From the NCBI GenBank assembly GCA_000025185.1, contig CP001848.1:2550001-2582000 (forward strand): a DNA stretch of 32,000 bases. The letters are read 5' to 3'. The DNA is from Pirellula staleyi DSM 6068. GTDB lineage: Bacteria > Planctomycetota > Planctomycetia > Pirellulales > Pirellulaceae. Shown piece after piece: positions 17,280-28,704 of the stretch; the first letter of the stretch is position 1, and every line of letters starts with the position of its first letter. The translations under genes and the position numbers were made by a program. Under the pieces are notes generated by a model. The model saw only the letters and a program-made list of their open reading frames with translations. It ran no database searches and was not told the DNA's origin.

Positions 17280-18944
17280 ATGAACTACGCTCTTCCAGAA
17301 CGTCCCAGCGCACCTCGCGCGGGAAAAAACGAAATCTTGCTCATTGCCAATGGCGACTTGCGACTCACAGCCAATCAGCGCTGCTGGGCCGCTCAGGCCG
17401 AGATGGAAACGCAGCTGACCGAGGCGGTCGAGGCGTGTGGCAAGACACTGCGCCGCGCTCATCCCTACAAAGAGGTCGAGCAGCATGGCTTTATTGGCTC
17501 GCAGAAGGAAGGGATGGAAGTCTTTCGTGGCATCGATCCCGATGCGCCACTGATTGTCGCCGAAGCGGTGTGGCAATACTCGCATCACGTGCTGCATGGT
17601 CTCTCGACGCATCGCGGCCCGATTCTCACCGTGGCCAATTGGTCGGGAACATGGCCCGGGCTTGTCGGGATGCTGAACCTGAACGGATCGCTGACGAAAG
17701 CAGGGGTGAAGTACAGCTCGCTTTGGAGCGAAGATTTCTCGAGCGAAGCGTTTCGAAAGAAACTTGCCCGCTGGATTGCGAAAGGGAAGCTTCGCCATGC
17801 CACCGATCACGTGGTCGCGCTTTCCGACGTCAAAATTCCCTCGCGAGAACGCAAATTGGGGCAGGCTCTCGCCAAAGAACTGCTGCGCGATAAAGCGATC
17901 ATGGGAGTCTTCGACGAAGGTTGCATGGGGATGTTCAATGCCATCATCCCCGATCACCTGCTCCATCCCACCGGCGTGTTTAAAGAACGTTTGAGCCAAA
18001 GTGCACTCTACTACGAAACCACGCAAGTTTCCGATGCGGAAGCAACCGCAGTGCGCGAGTGGATGGAGCGCGAAGGGCTGAAGTTTCACACCGGACCGAA
18101 ACACGAAACCGATCTCACCGACGCGCAGATCCTGCTGCAATGCAAAATGTATATCGCCGCCGTTCGTATCGCTGATGATTTCGGCTGCGCGACGATTGGC
18201 ATCCAGTATCAGCAAGGGCTGAAGGACTTGCTTCCTGCAAGCGATCTGGTGGAAGGGACGCTCAACAACGGTTCGCGTCCTCCGGTTTCGAGTCGCGATG
18301 GCCAGCGGCTGCTCTACCCTGGTCAGCCTCTGCCACACTTCAACGAAGTGGACGAGTGCGCGGGGCTCGATGGACTCTTGATCTATCGCTTGCACAAGGC
18401 GATGGGTGAGCCGGTGGAGAACACGCTGCACGATCTGCGCTGGGGCGATGTCGATCAGTCGGGAACAGTCGACGACTACGTCTGGGTATTCCTCATCAGC
18501 GGCAGCGCACCACCGGCACACTTCATTGGTGGCTGGAAAGGGGCGTCAAGCGAACGACAGCCTGCGATGTATTTCCCCAGTGGCGGCGGCACGCTGAAGG
18601 GAATTTCGAGGCCGGGCGAAATCGTTTGGAGTCGCATCTACGTGGAAGATGATCAGCTCAAGATCGATTTGGGGCGTGGCGGGGTTGTCGAACTTCCGGA
18701 AGCAGAGACCGAGCGTCGCTGGCAAGCGACTACCTCGCAGTGGCCGATCATGCATGCCGTGACCTATGGTGTCTCGCGCGATCAAATGATGGCCCGCCAC
18801 AAGAGCAATCACATCCAGGTGGTGTACGCCAGTTCTGCCGAAGCAGCTGATCGCGCACTTTTGGCGCGGGCTGCGATGGCGTCTGAACTGGGGATGAAGG
18901 TGGCGATCTGCGGTACGAAGAAGGAAGGCCAGGCCTGGGAATAA
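17280..18944 (+). CDS. L-fucose isomerase family sugar isomerase (putative)
   Basis: Colinear motif resemblance to my recollection of E. coli FucI: GIQYQQGL ~ [16 protein letters not shown] ~ [20 protein letters not shown] ~ [24 protein letters not shown] ~ [25 protein letters not shown] ~ WGANHGVLTIG. The long antisense ORF 17118..18521 is a shadow. Confidence 0.7.
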   Translation: MNYALPERPSAPRAGKNEILLIANGDLRLTANQRCWAAQAEMETQLTEAVEACGKTLRRAHPYKEVEQHGFIGSQKEGMEVFRGIDPDAPLIVAEAVWQYSHHVLHGLSTHRGPILTVANWSGTWPGLVGMLNLNGSLTKAGVKYSSLWSEDFSSEAFRKKLARWIAKGKLRHATDHVVALSDVKIPSRERKLGQALAKELLRDKAIMGVFDEGCMGMFNAIIPDHLLHPTGVFKERLSQSALYYETTQVSDAEATAVREWMEREGLKFHTGPKHETDLTDAQILLQCKMYIAAVRIADDFGCATIGIQYQQGLKDLLPASDLVEGTLNNGSRPPVSSRDGQRLLYPGQPLPHFNEVDECAGLDGLLIYRLHKAMGEPVENTLHDLRWGDVDQSGTVDDYVWVFLISGSAPPAHFIGGWKGASSERQPAMYFPSGGGTLKGISRPGEIVWSRIYVEDDQLKIDLGRGGVVELPEAETERRWQATTSQWPIMHAVTYGVSRDQMMARHKSNHIQVVYASSAEAADRALLARAAMASELGMKVAICGTKKEGQAWE

Positions 18945-19684
18945 TGGCTGAGCAAAAACTACGCGGAAAAACCGCCCTCATCACCGGTGCAGGGCGTGGA
19001 ATTGGAAAAGGAATCGCCATCGCTTTCGCGCGCGAAGGGGCCCGGCTAATCCTCACCTCACGCACGCCCGAAGAGCTCGTCGAAGCTGCTGCGGAGTGCA
19101 TTGAAGCGGGCGCGCTCGAAGCGATCACTTGCCCAGCCGACCTCAGCGACGAGTCGCAGTTGCTCGAACTTTTCGAGTTCGCGCGGGCACGTTTCGAGTC
19201 GCTTGATTTGCTGGTGAACAACGCGGGCGCGTTCGACGGTGGACCGCTCGACGAGCTGTCAACCGAAGCGTGGGACAAGGTGATGAACCTCAACGTGCGG
19301 GCGCCGTTTCTCTGCACACGCGAAGCGCTGAAGTGGATGAAGCCAAAGCAAAGCGGACGGATCATCAACCTCGGTAGCATCGCGGGAAGTCGTGTCCGTC
19401 CCGAGTCGGCTGCGTACTCCGCATCGAAGCATGCGATTTGGGGACTCACGCAAGTCACCGCGCTCGAAGGGCGCGAGTATGGCGTCACGTGCTGCTGCCT
19501 TAAGCCGGGGAACATTGCGGTCGAGCGGCGCATGAATTCGGGTAATCCGATCGACGACGAACCGATGATCGCCATCGAGGATATCGCCGAAGTCGCGCTG
19601 CTGATGGCAACGCTGCCACCCACGGCACTAATGCTCGAGGCAACCGTACTGCCACATCGACAGTTGTACGTAGGTCGCGGATAG
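18944..19684 (+). CDS. short-chain dehydrogenase/reductase (classical SDR)
   Basis: TGAGRGIG Rossmann motif, NNAG, and the S...YSASK catalytic motif. The start overlaps the upstream stop (TAATG at 18942-18946). Confidence 0.9.
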   Translation: MAEQKLRGKTALITGAGRGIGKGIAIAFAREGARLILTSRTPEELVEAAAECIEAGALEAITCPADLSDESQLLELFEFARARFESLDLLVNNAGAFDGGPLDELSTEAWDKVMNLNVRAPFLCTREALKWMKPKQSGRIINLGSIAGSRVRPESAAYSASKHAIWGLTQVTALEGREYGVTCCCLKPGNIAVERRMNSGNPIDDEPMIAIEDIAEVALLMATLPPTALMLEATVLPHRQLYVGRG

Positions 19685-19707
19685 ACTCTTGCGAGAGCGA
19701 AGTAGCG

Positions 19708-20379
19708 ATGGCCAAGAAGAAGGTCGCCAAGAAGTCGTCGGCGAAGGTAAAGTCAGCGACGCCGGTTGTAGCGCTGCCGGAGAATTCGTTTCAGCCCAAG
19801 AATCGAAAAGCGTGGCAAACGTGGCTGGCAAAGAACTATCAGCGACCGATCGGTGTTTGGCTCATCACGCTGAAGAAGTCGGCAGCCCTTTCCAGATCGC
19901 AAGCGTTCATCACTTACGACGAGTCGGTCGAAGATGCGCTCTGCGTAGGCTGGGTAGATAGCATTCGACGCAAAGTCGACGACGAGCGCTCGATGCTCTA
20001 CTTTGCTCCGCGCAAGCCCAAGAGTGGCTGGTCGCGGCTGAACAAAACTCGCATCGAAAAGTTGCAAGCAGCTGGGCTGATGCAGCCTGCGGGGCAGGCC
20101 AAAATCGATGCCGCCATTGCCGATGGGAGCTGGACCAAACTCGACGCCGTCGAAGATCTGGTGCTGGAAGGGGATCTGCTCGCCGCACTGCGGAGCTATC
20201 CCAAGGCTCTGGCCAACTTCGAAGCTTTTCCACGGTCTGCCAAACGCGGTGTGCTGGAATGGGTCGCCCAGGCAAAGCGCGCTGAAACGCGTGCCAAGCG
20301 GATCGAAGAAATCGCACGCCTAGCGGCTGAGAATCGTCGCGCGAATCAGTGGTACAGCGACAGTAAGAAGAATACGTAA
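19708..20379 (+). CDS. YdeI/OmpD-associated family protein with Lys-rich N-terminal extension
   Basis: W-x-x-WL-x-x-N...GVWL, then C-x-GW-x-DS-x-R...Y-F-x-PRK-x-x-S-x-WS-x-x-NK and a C-terminal ...AKR-x-ETR-x-KRI pattern typical of the family. Confidence 0.75.
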   Translation: MAKKKVAKKSSAKVKSATPVVALPENSFQPKNRKAWQTWLAKNYQRPIGVWLITLKKSAALSRSQAFITYDESVEDALCVGWVDSIRRKVDDERSMLYFAPRKPKSGWSRLNKTRIEKLQAAGLMQPAGQAKIDAAIADGSWTKLDAVEDLVLEGDLLAALRSYPKALANFEAFPRSAKRGVLEWVAQAKRAETRAKRIEEIARLAAENRRANQWYSDSKKNT

Positions 20380-20408
20380 AAGAGCGTCTGGCTGCTGGAG
20401 TTTAGCGG

Positions 20409-21293
20409 CTAGCTCGTCGCTGCTTTGCCAATGCTCTTCTCCACCCGATGGCTGCTTTGGCTACTCAGTAGCACGCCAGCAATTACCAGCAGACCGCCGC
20501 AAATCTGTGCCATTGTGACGGGCTTTCCTAGCATCGTGCTCAGGATCGCGGCATAGATCGGAATCAGGTTCATGAACACCGCCCCTTGGCTGGCGGGAAT
20601 GCGAGTGAGGGCAATATTCCACAGCAAGTACGATGCAATCGTCGGACCAAGCACCACGTAAACAATGCAGGTGATGGCAGTCGGCTCGAGCGAAAGGGTG
20701 TAGTTGTCGAAGTACAGGGCGAAAGGTGTGAGCGAAATGACGGCGAGCACCGATTGCACTGCAGTCGACGTGATGGGACGCACACCATGTAATCGGCGGG
20801 CGATGAGGGTGTAGACGGTCCAGAAGCAAACGCAGCCCAGCATCATGAGGTCGCCTACGTTGTAGCGATGGTGCAAAATCGCCATGAGATTTCCGTGTGT
20901 TAGCACCACAGCCACGCCCACGAGCCCGAGCGCGATGCCGACGATTCCGATCGGCGTTAGTCGCTCGCGCAGAAAGAACGATGCTGCGAGGACAATCAGC
21001 GACGGGTTAACTGCATTGATGAGTGCGGCGTTCATCGGGGTGGTGTAGACCAGCGACAGATACATCAGCGAGCTATAGACCGAAATGCCGCAGATAGCCA
21101 GTGCTGCCAGTAGCGGAAGATTGCGCCAAACCGCTCGCCAGTCGGGACGCTCGAGCACCTGAGCCAGCACCATCAGTGGCACGCAGGCCAAGAGCCAACG
21201 ATAGTAGGTGAGCGTGAAGGCAGGGGTGTACTGGATGGCGATGGTCCCCACCAAGTAGTTGCTGCCCCAGAAGAAGGTAGCCAGGGCGAGCAT
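20409..21293 (-). CDS. EamA/DMT-family transporter
   Basis: Ten hydrophobic segments in two EamA-like halves, FFWGSNYLV near the N-terminus, about 294 aa. Confidence 0.85.
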   Translation of the reverse strand: MLALATFFWGSNYLVGTIAIQYTPAFTLTYYRWLLACVPLMVLAQVLERPDWRAVWRNLPLLAALAICGISVYSSLMYLSLVYTTPMNAALINAVNPSLIVLAASFFLRERLTPIGIVGIALGLVGVAVVLTHGNLMAILHHRYNVGDLMMLGCVCFWTVYTLIARRLHGVRPITSTAVQSVLAVISLTPFALYFDNYTLSLEPTAITCIVYVVLGPTIASYLLWNIALTRIPASQGAVFMNLIPIYAAILSTMLGKPVTMAQICGGLLVIAGVLLSSQSSHRVEKSIGKAATS

Positions 21294-21637
21294 CAGAAAT
21301 GCCCAGCCTCGAGCCGGGGGATGAGGTGTCGACGAATCGCTAATCGGAGTGACCTAGCCAAGCAGGGGACCGAAACATCAAACGGGCTGTCGCACAGGGC
21401 AATATTTTCGGGTGCAAAAGTCCTAGCTGACCCCAATCGCCCGGTTTGCGAAAGTGGGGGAGAGTAAAACAACTTCCGGCGAAATCGAAGGGAAAATAGC
21501 AGGATATAAAAGCCCTGCTAAAGGTTCGCGCGGCGACCTTCGACGGGGAGTAGAATGCATCTCGTTTTGTGGATGGGTGAGCGCTATTCGCTCCCCCCGT
21601 TTTCTCTCCCCCACGACTCCGTAACGAGACACCTACG

Positions 21638-22585
21638 ATGCCAACAGCAGCGATGATTCGATGGACACAGTCGGTGATTCCTTTCCTCGTCGTACTGGGC
21701 ATCGCCTGGGTTGCATCATCGGCTGAGCTACGTGCCGAAGAGATTCGCCATTCGTTCTTCATCGCGGGGCCATCGTTCACCGGCATCATCGACGAAGATG
21801 GCAACGAATTCTGGAATGCCGACCGTGCTGGAGCTCGCGATGGCTATGTGCTCGACAGCGGCAACGTGCTGATCTGCTGGAGCAATGAAGTGGTCGAAAT
21901 GACCCGTGAAAAGAAAGTGGTCTTTAGCTACAAACTGTCGCCCGACAACAAAGAGCTCGGCACCGTCGAGCGCCTCGAAAATGGTCGCACGCTGATCACT
22001 GAGCTGGGCGGCAAGCCGCGCATCTTGGAAGTGGACGCGGAGGGGAAGATTGTCGTCGAAGTTCCGCTTCAGCCCGAAACCGACAACGCCCACATGCAAA
22101 CCCGCATGGCTCGCAAGCTGGCCAGCGGCAACTACCTGGTCCCTCACCTGCTCGCCTTCAAGGTGAAGGAGTACGACCCTGCGGGCAAAGTGATCAGTGA
22201 GACCAAGACTGATCTCGATTCCCTCGGCGGACGCAAAGCGGAGAACTGGCCGTTCACTGCCATTCGTCTCGCCAGTGGCAACACGCTGGTGAATTTGACG
22301 CACGGCAACAAGACCGCCGAGTTCGACGAGAAAGGGAATGTTGTCTGGAGCATCAGCAACGACGATTTCCCTACCGAGAAGCCTTTCGCCGATCCGTGCG
22401 GCGCTCAGGTCCTACCCAACGGCAACGTCGTGATCGCTAGCTACGCTGCTCGCGGCCCGATCAAGGTCTTCGAAGTCACCCGCGAGAAGAAGATCGTCTG
22501 GACCTACCAGGGCAAACACCGCGCCCACGAAATCCAGATCCTCACCACCAACGGCAAACCAGTCGAAGGCAAGCCGATGAAGTAG
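21638..22585 (+). CDS. secreted beta-propeller-like repeat protein, function unknown
   Basis: Signal or anchor IRWTQSVIPFLVVLGIAWVASSA. Repeated (S/N)GN-x-L(V/I) blades: DSGNVLI, ENGRTLI, ASGNYLV, ASGNTLV, PNGNVVI. Confidence 0.6.
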   Translation: MPTAAMIRWTQSVIPFLVVLGIAWVASSAELRAEEIRHSFFIAGPSFTGIIDEDGNEFWNADRAGARDGYVLDSGNVLICWSNEVVEMTREKKVVFSYKLSPDNKELGTVERLENGRTLITELGGKPRILEVDAEGKIVVEVPLQPETDNAHMQTRMARKLASGNYLVPHLLAFKVKEYDPAGKVISETKTDLDSLGGRKAENWPFTAIRLASGNTLVNLTHGNKTAEFDEKGNVVWSISNDDFPTEKPFADPCGAQVLPNGNVVIASYAARGPIKVFEVTREKKIVWTYQGKHRAHEIQILTTNGKPVEGKPMK

Positions 22586-22707
22586 GGGGAGAATTCTGAG
22601 CGGCAATTGATAGAGCGAAGCATCGAGTCAATCGTCGGGCCAAGAGATTCACAGTACCCTGAGAACTTAGGCACCAACCCGGCGCGCCTCATGGCTGGAT
22701 CTAGATA

Positions 22708-22744
22708 CGAAAAAAGCCGCACGTTCCAAGGAAATTGCGGCTTT
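22708..22744 (-). terminator. rho-independent terminator just downstream of tRNA-Pro
   Basis: Minus strand: AAAGCCGCA, a 14-nt loop, TGCGGCTTT, then further T residues (plus-strand arms 22713-22721 and 22736-22744; A-run 22710-22715). Confidence 0.6.
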
Positions 22745-22749
22745 CAAAG

Positions 22750-22824
22750 TCGGGGCGACATGATTTGAACATGCGACTTCCTGGTCCCAAACCAGGCGCT
22801 CTAGCCAGGCTGAGCTACGCCCCG
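22750..22824 (-). tRNA. tRNA-Pro (anticodon UGG), CCA not encoded
   Basis: The reverse complement folds as a cloverleaf: CGGGGCG TA GCTC AGCCTGGCTA GAGC G CCTGG TTTGGGA CCAGG AAGTC GCATG TTCAAAT CATGT CGCCCCG A. The anticodon loop TT-TGG-GA gives Pro. Confidence 0.95.
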
Positions 22825-23136
22825 ATCCGATCGAGTCTCAAACTGCCTTGCGGCAAGCTTTTCATTTCGACCGAGTGAGTAAGTTACCTAAATCGGCAAT
22901 TTCGAGCAATCGGTGGAGTCGACTTTGCAGAATCCTTTCGAAGAGTTTTTTGGGAAAACTTTTCGACCGACCCTCCCCCAAAGCTGTTTCACGCGTCGCG
23001 GTGTATCAAAAAGCGACATCATTCCTGGCGGAAGGTTCGCTCGATGGGACGCGATCAACCCAAGGCGATGCTAGCACTTGAGTTGCGAAGCGGAGAGTCT
23101 TACTTGCCCTCAGGCAAAGAAAGGAGCTGCTGAACA

Positions 23137-24136
23137 CTAACCGACGTCGCGGCTGTCGCCCAAGGCAGCTTGGGTGATGAGTTCTCGCAGCCGGTCGAAC
23201 TCCTCGTGGCTGGTGAAGTGGACCAAGATCTTCCCGCGACCCTTGGTCGACTGCTTGATCTCGACTTTCGTTCCCAGGGCCATCCGCAGTTCTTGCTCGA
23301 GCGACTGCACCGGGCCGGTGCTCTTTTTGTTTTTCTTTCCGCCGATCGGGATGGTAGTCGGTGCGTCTTCGCCGTCGAGTTGTTGCTGCACCATCCGCTC
23401 GATGTCGCGAACGCTCAGTTCTTCGCGCTCGATCCGTCGGCAGAGGTCCATCTGCATCCGCTCGTCGCCGAGGGGTAGCAGCGCGCGGGCGTGACCAGCG
23501 GTGATCGTGCCGGTACGAAGTCCTTCGAGCACGACCGGCGGCAGTTCCAAAAGACGCATCAGGTTGGCGATGGTCGATCGGTCGATCGACAGCCGTTTGG
23601 CGAGGTCTTCTTGGGTGCAGCGATGCTCGTCGAGGTAGCGTTTGAACGAGAGGGCTTTTTCGATCGGGTTAAGATCCTTGCGCTGCAGGTTCTCGACGAT
23701 GGCGAGTTCGGCGACCAGGCGATCGTCGGCTTCGCGAACGCGGGCGGGGATCTTGGCCCAGCCTGCTTGAGTGGCGGCGCGGAGGCGACGTTCGCCGGAG
23801 ATCAGCTGATAGCGCCCCTTCACCACACGCACCAGAATCGGCTGCAGCATGTCGTGCTGCTTCAAGCTTTCGGCCAGCGATGAAATCTCGCTCTCGCTGA
23901 ACTCGCGCCGCGGCTGAAACGGATTCTCTTCGATCTCGCCGACAGGAATCATCACCAGCGAGGTTTTCGGATCGTCTTCTTCCCGGGCGATCGAGAGGGC
24001 AGGTGCGGTGCTAGCATCGCTCGAGAGCGAGGCCAGATTGGTGGTCAGCGGCAGGGTCGCAGGAGCCTCTTCGGCTGGCGAGGCATCGAGAGGTGCACCG
24101 AGCAATGCGGCAAGTCCTCGTCCCAAGCGTCGGTCT

Positions 24137-24144
<8 letters not shown>
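23137..24144 (-). CDS. parB: chromosome partitioning protein ParB (CTPase, parS-binding)
   Basis: KDRRLGRGLAALLG N-terminus, the GERRLRAA box and an HTH region. I prefer the GTG at 24144 (8-nt overlap with the parA stop) over the track ATG at 24225, which would overlap parA by 89 nt. Confidence 0.9.
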
Positions 24145-24883
<739 letters not shown>

Positions 24884-25011
24884 CGGCTCTGCGGCAACCT
24901 CCCTGGGCCTTACGCGCGCGACGCTGCATCAATGCAGCTGATCGCTTCGCGGCGGGATCATACAGGAGAGGTGCGATAACGTGGAATGTCGTTTTCCACG
25001 TGCAGGAGCAA

Positions 25012-25027
25012 TGTTTCACGTGAAACA
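25012..25027. promoter_or_regulatory. parS site 1 (perfect consensus)
   Basis: TGTTTCACGTGAAACA, a perfect 16-bp palindrome identical to the canonical parS. Confidence 0.85.
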
Positions 25028-25090
25028 GCCCGCAGGGTTCGCCGTGGCGGATAGAAGCTGCCCGAAATGCGCCGTTTCGCCATCTCGCCT

Positions 25091-25106
25091 TGTTTCACGT
25101 GAAACA
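25091..25106. promoter_or_regulatory. parS site 2 (perfect consensus)
   Basis: TGTTTCACGTGAAACA. Confidence 0.85.
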
Positions 25107-25137
25107 TCACAGAGGTGATAGGAGGAGTGAAAGGCAT

Positions 25138-25153
25138 GGTTTCACGTGAAACG
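25138..25153. promoter_or_regulatory. parS site 3 (14-bp core intact)
   Basis: GGTTTCACGTGAAACG. The core GTTTCACGTGAAAC is intact and the outer positions differ from consensus. Confidence 0.8.
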
Positions 25154-25192
25154 CTGACCGGGGAGAGCAGTGCAGCATCCAAGAAACGAGCG

Positions 25193-25216
25193 AGGGCGAC
25201 CTGAGAAGATCGCCCT
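25193..25216 (-). terminator. possible terminator hairpin downstream of the DUF1015 gene
   Basis: 7-bp stem AGGGCGA (25193-25199) / TCGCCCT (25210-25216) with a 10-nt loop. The minus-strand tail is only weakly T-rich (CGCTCGTTTCTT). Confidence 0.35.
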
Positions 25217-25307
25217 GCGTGTTGAATCAGTCTCTTACCGACTTCGTCGGTCCCGGTAGCGAGCTACAGGTGGTACCCAGGATCTGTCGATCCAAGACAT
25301 TCGCGTT

Positions 25308-26657
25308 CTAAGTCAGTGGGTGAACCACGACGCCGCCGAGCAGCTTGGGATAGAAGTAGGTGCTCTTGGCGGGCATCCGCTCGCCGAACTCGCTGATCGA
25401 GCGAACATGCTCCACCGTGGCTGGCATCACCATGGCGGCGATTTCGAACTTGCCACCTTCGCCGACGTGACCGGTTGAGGCATCGCGTCCAGCAGCGTCG
25501 CCGTGCACCAGGCCGTCGATCACTTCCTGCACCAGGTGAACATACTTCGCCTTCGGCAGGTTTGGAGCGCCCAGCAGCGTATCGACAATCAGCCGATGCA
25601 GGATGCTTACGCCCAGGCCTTGCCAGTCGGCGGAATGCTCGGGAGCAATCTCGGCCATCTTCTTCGCGCCGTCGGCAGTGATCCGAACGCGAGTCCAGGT
25701 GTCGTCGGCTGCAGTGTAGAACGCCAGGGTTCCTTGCTCTCCTTCGATCTCGATCTCGTCCCACAGGTTGGCAGCAACCTCAGGACCCTTCCCCATGTTC
25801 TCGCAGGTGAAGTAGGGGACCAGCTTCGACGTCAGTTGCTCGCTGGTCATGGCTGGCAGACCACGGAACAGGCGGTGTGTTGGCAGCACACGCAGGCCAG
25901 GATCGTTCATGCTGACGCATTGCGTGAGGACGAAGTTCGCTGGATGAGCCGAATCGAGAGTCGACTGTTCGTTCAGGAAGTCGCGATAGTTACAAGCGGT
26001 TTCATAGCGATGGTGACCATCGGCAATGAACATCGGCTTGGGGTCCATGATCGCGGCGACCTTCCCCAGGATGTTCACTTCGGTCACCGGCCACATCTTG
26101 TGGACGACACCCAGGTGGTCGGTGGCAGTGTGCGGGGTCTGGCCGATGATCGCGTCTTCGAGCAGGTTCTGCGCTTCGTTGTCGGGATCGGGGTAGAGAC
26201 CAAAAATCTGGCTCAGGTTTGCCTTGCAAGCCTTGGTCAGTAGCAGGCGATCGGCTTTGGCCGAAGCGTGGGTCTCTTCGTGCGGATAGATTTTGCCCTG
26301 GCCGAAACGCTCGAGCTTCACCCGGCACATGAACCCGCGACGAGTGAAAAACTGGCCAGCGTATTCGAAAGTTTGGTGATAGACGTAGATGGCCGGATCG
26401 GGGTCGAGCTGCATCAGCCCTTCTGCCTGCCAGTTGCGCAGGAAGCGGGCGGCGCGGGTGTATTTGTTCGACGATTCGTTGTCGCCGGGCTCTTCGCGAT
26501 TGAGTTCGAGGCGGACAAAGTTCGCCGGATGCCGCTTATAAAGCGTCTCCTGGAACTCCGGCGAGATAACGTCGTAAGGTGGTGTCACGACGTCACTAAG
26601 CGAGCCGACATGGCCCAGGTCGTAGCGCAATCCGCGAAAAGCTTGAATCGTTGGCAT
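25308..26657 (-). CDS. DUF1015 family protein
   Basis: The ATG at 26657 gives MPTIQAFRGLRYD...VVTPPYDVIS..., the typical DUF1015 N-terminus. The track start 26690 is a GTG that adds 11 aa. Confidence 0.85.
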   Translation of the reverse strand: MPTIQAFRGLRYDLGHVGSLSDVVTPPYDVISPEFQETLYKRHPANFVRLELNREEPGDNESSNKYTRAARFLRNWQAEGLMQLDPDPAIYVYHQTFEYAGQFFTRRGFMCRVKLERFGQGKIYPHEETHASAKADRLLLTKACKANLSQIFGLYPDPDNEAQNLLEDAIIGQTPHTATDHLGVVHKMWPVTEVNILGKVAAIMDPKPMFIADGHHRYETACNYRDFLNEQSTLDSAHPANFVLTQCVSMNDPGLRVLPTHRLFRGLPAMTSEQLTSKLVPYFTCENMGKGPEVAANLWDEIEIEGEQGTLAFYTAADDTWTRVRITADGAKKMAEIAPEHSADWQGLGVSILHRLIVDTLLGAPNLPKAKYVHLVQEVIDGLVHGDAAGRDASTGHVGEGGKFEIAAMVMPATVEHVRSISEFGERMPAKSTYFYPKLLGGVVVHPLT

Positions 26658-26970
26658 GGCGAGTGGCAGATCAAACGTTGGGAGCGGCACGTTCCAAACA
26701 AGCGGAACGCTAGAAACCGAATTTTACTCACCTGCTGCCGCTACCGTCAGGGGTCCGAGAACTCGCGCATTCTGAATCGTAGGGCCGAGGCTGCAGCCGG
26801 TTGACAGCGGGGGACGAAGTCAGATAGACCCTACACCAGGGAGTAGGGTGGCTGGCGTGTTGCTGGTCACCTCTCTGCTAGCAGATTTTTAGGGTTTGCT
26901 AGAGCCGCTCGAGCCCTGCAATTGATGACAGGCTCCCGCGCGAATTTCGCTATCGAATGAGGATTTGGAA

Positions 26971-27192
26971 ATGACCGGTCTACTGCTCCGTGCTTCGTTG
27001 GCTGCTGCCGTCCTGCTCTTTGCCTCTGCTGCGACCGCTTCTGCTGATCAGCAGTATGTGAGTGGCAACGGCCAAGTGGTTCACACCCGACTGGCCCCCG
27101 TTGTTATGCACCGCGCCTTTCCTCCTTACGGTGGCGTGCACGTTCATCAGCGCTCGATGAAGTCGCAGTCAGTCGGTCGCCGCGGCCGCTAA
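26971..27192 (+). CDS. small secreted His-rich basic peptide (73-aa precursor), function unknown
   Basis: GAGGA lies 8 nt upstream of the ATG at 26971. Signal peptide MTGLLLRASLAAAVLLFASAATASA, then a mature part with HTR, MHR, VHVHQ and a GRRGR tail. It is followed by a terminator. Confidence 0.45.
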   Translation: MTGLLLRASLAAAVLLFASAATASADQQYVSGNGQVVHTRLAPVVMHRAFPPYGGVHVHQRSMKSQSVGRRGR

Positions 27193-27265
27193 GCTGACCA
27201 GTTGTCAGCCTCTGCATTTAGAGCCCGCAGAGCGATTCTTGGTCGTTGCGCTCAGCTCCGTCCAT

Positions 27266-27313
27266 AAAAAAAGGCCTTGCGACTCGGTGAAGAGTAGCAA
27301 GGCCTCTGGTTTT
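27266..27313. terminator. bidirectional terminator hairpin between the small peptide gene and ahcY
   Basis: 9-bp stem AGGCCTTGC (27272-27280) / GCAAGGCCT (27297-27305), flanked by an A7 run upstream and TGGTTTT downstream. It lies between convergent genes. Confidence 0.6.
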
Positions 27314-27378
27314 AATCAGTTACTGCGAAAGCTCGCAGCTATCGACTAAGTACGATTCAATCGACGAGCAGCGTCGGA

Positions 27379-28704
<1,326 letters not shown>

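Noticed and set aside
22985-22993. TGTTTCACG half-parS downstream of parB.
   Set aside because: Only the left half matches (TGTTTCACGCGTCGCG). It is not palindromic, so it is probably not a functional ParB site.
22848-23081. 77-aa TTG-initiated ORF between tRNA-Pro and parB.
   Set aside because: It has a non-canonical start, no RBS and unconvincing composition. The region more likely holds the tRNA promoter and the parB 3' UTR.
24958-25182. 74-aa minus-strand ORF upstream of parA.
   Set aside because: It is the translation of the three parS palindromes (repeated FHVKQ and VSRET), not a gene.
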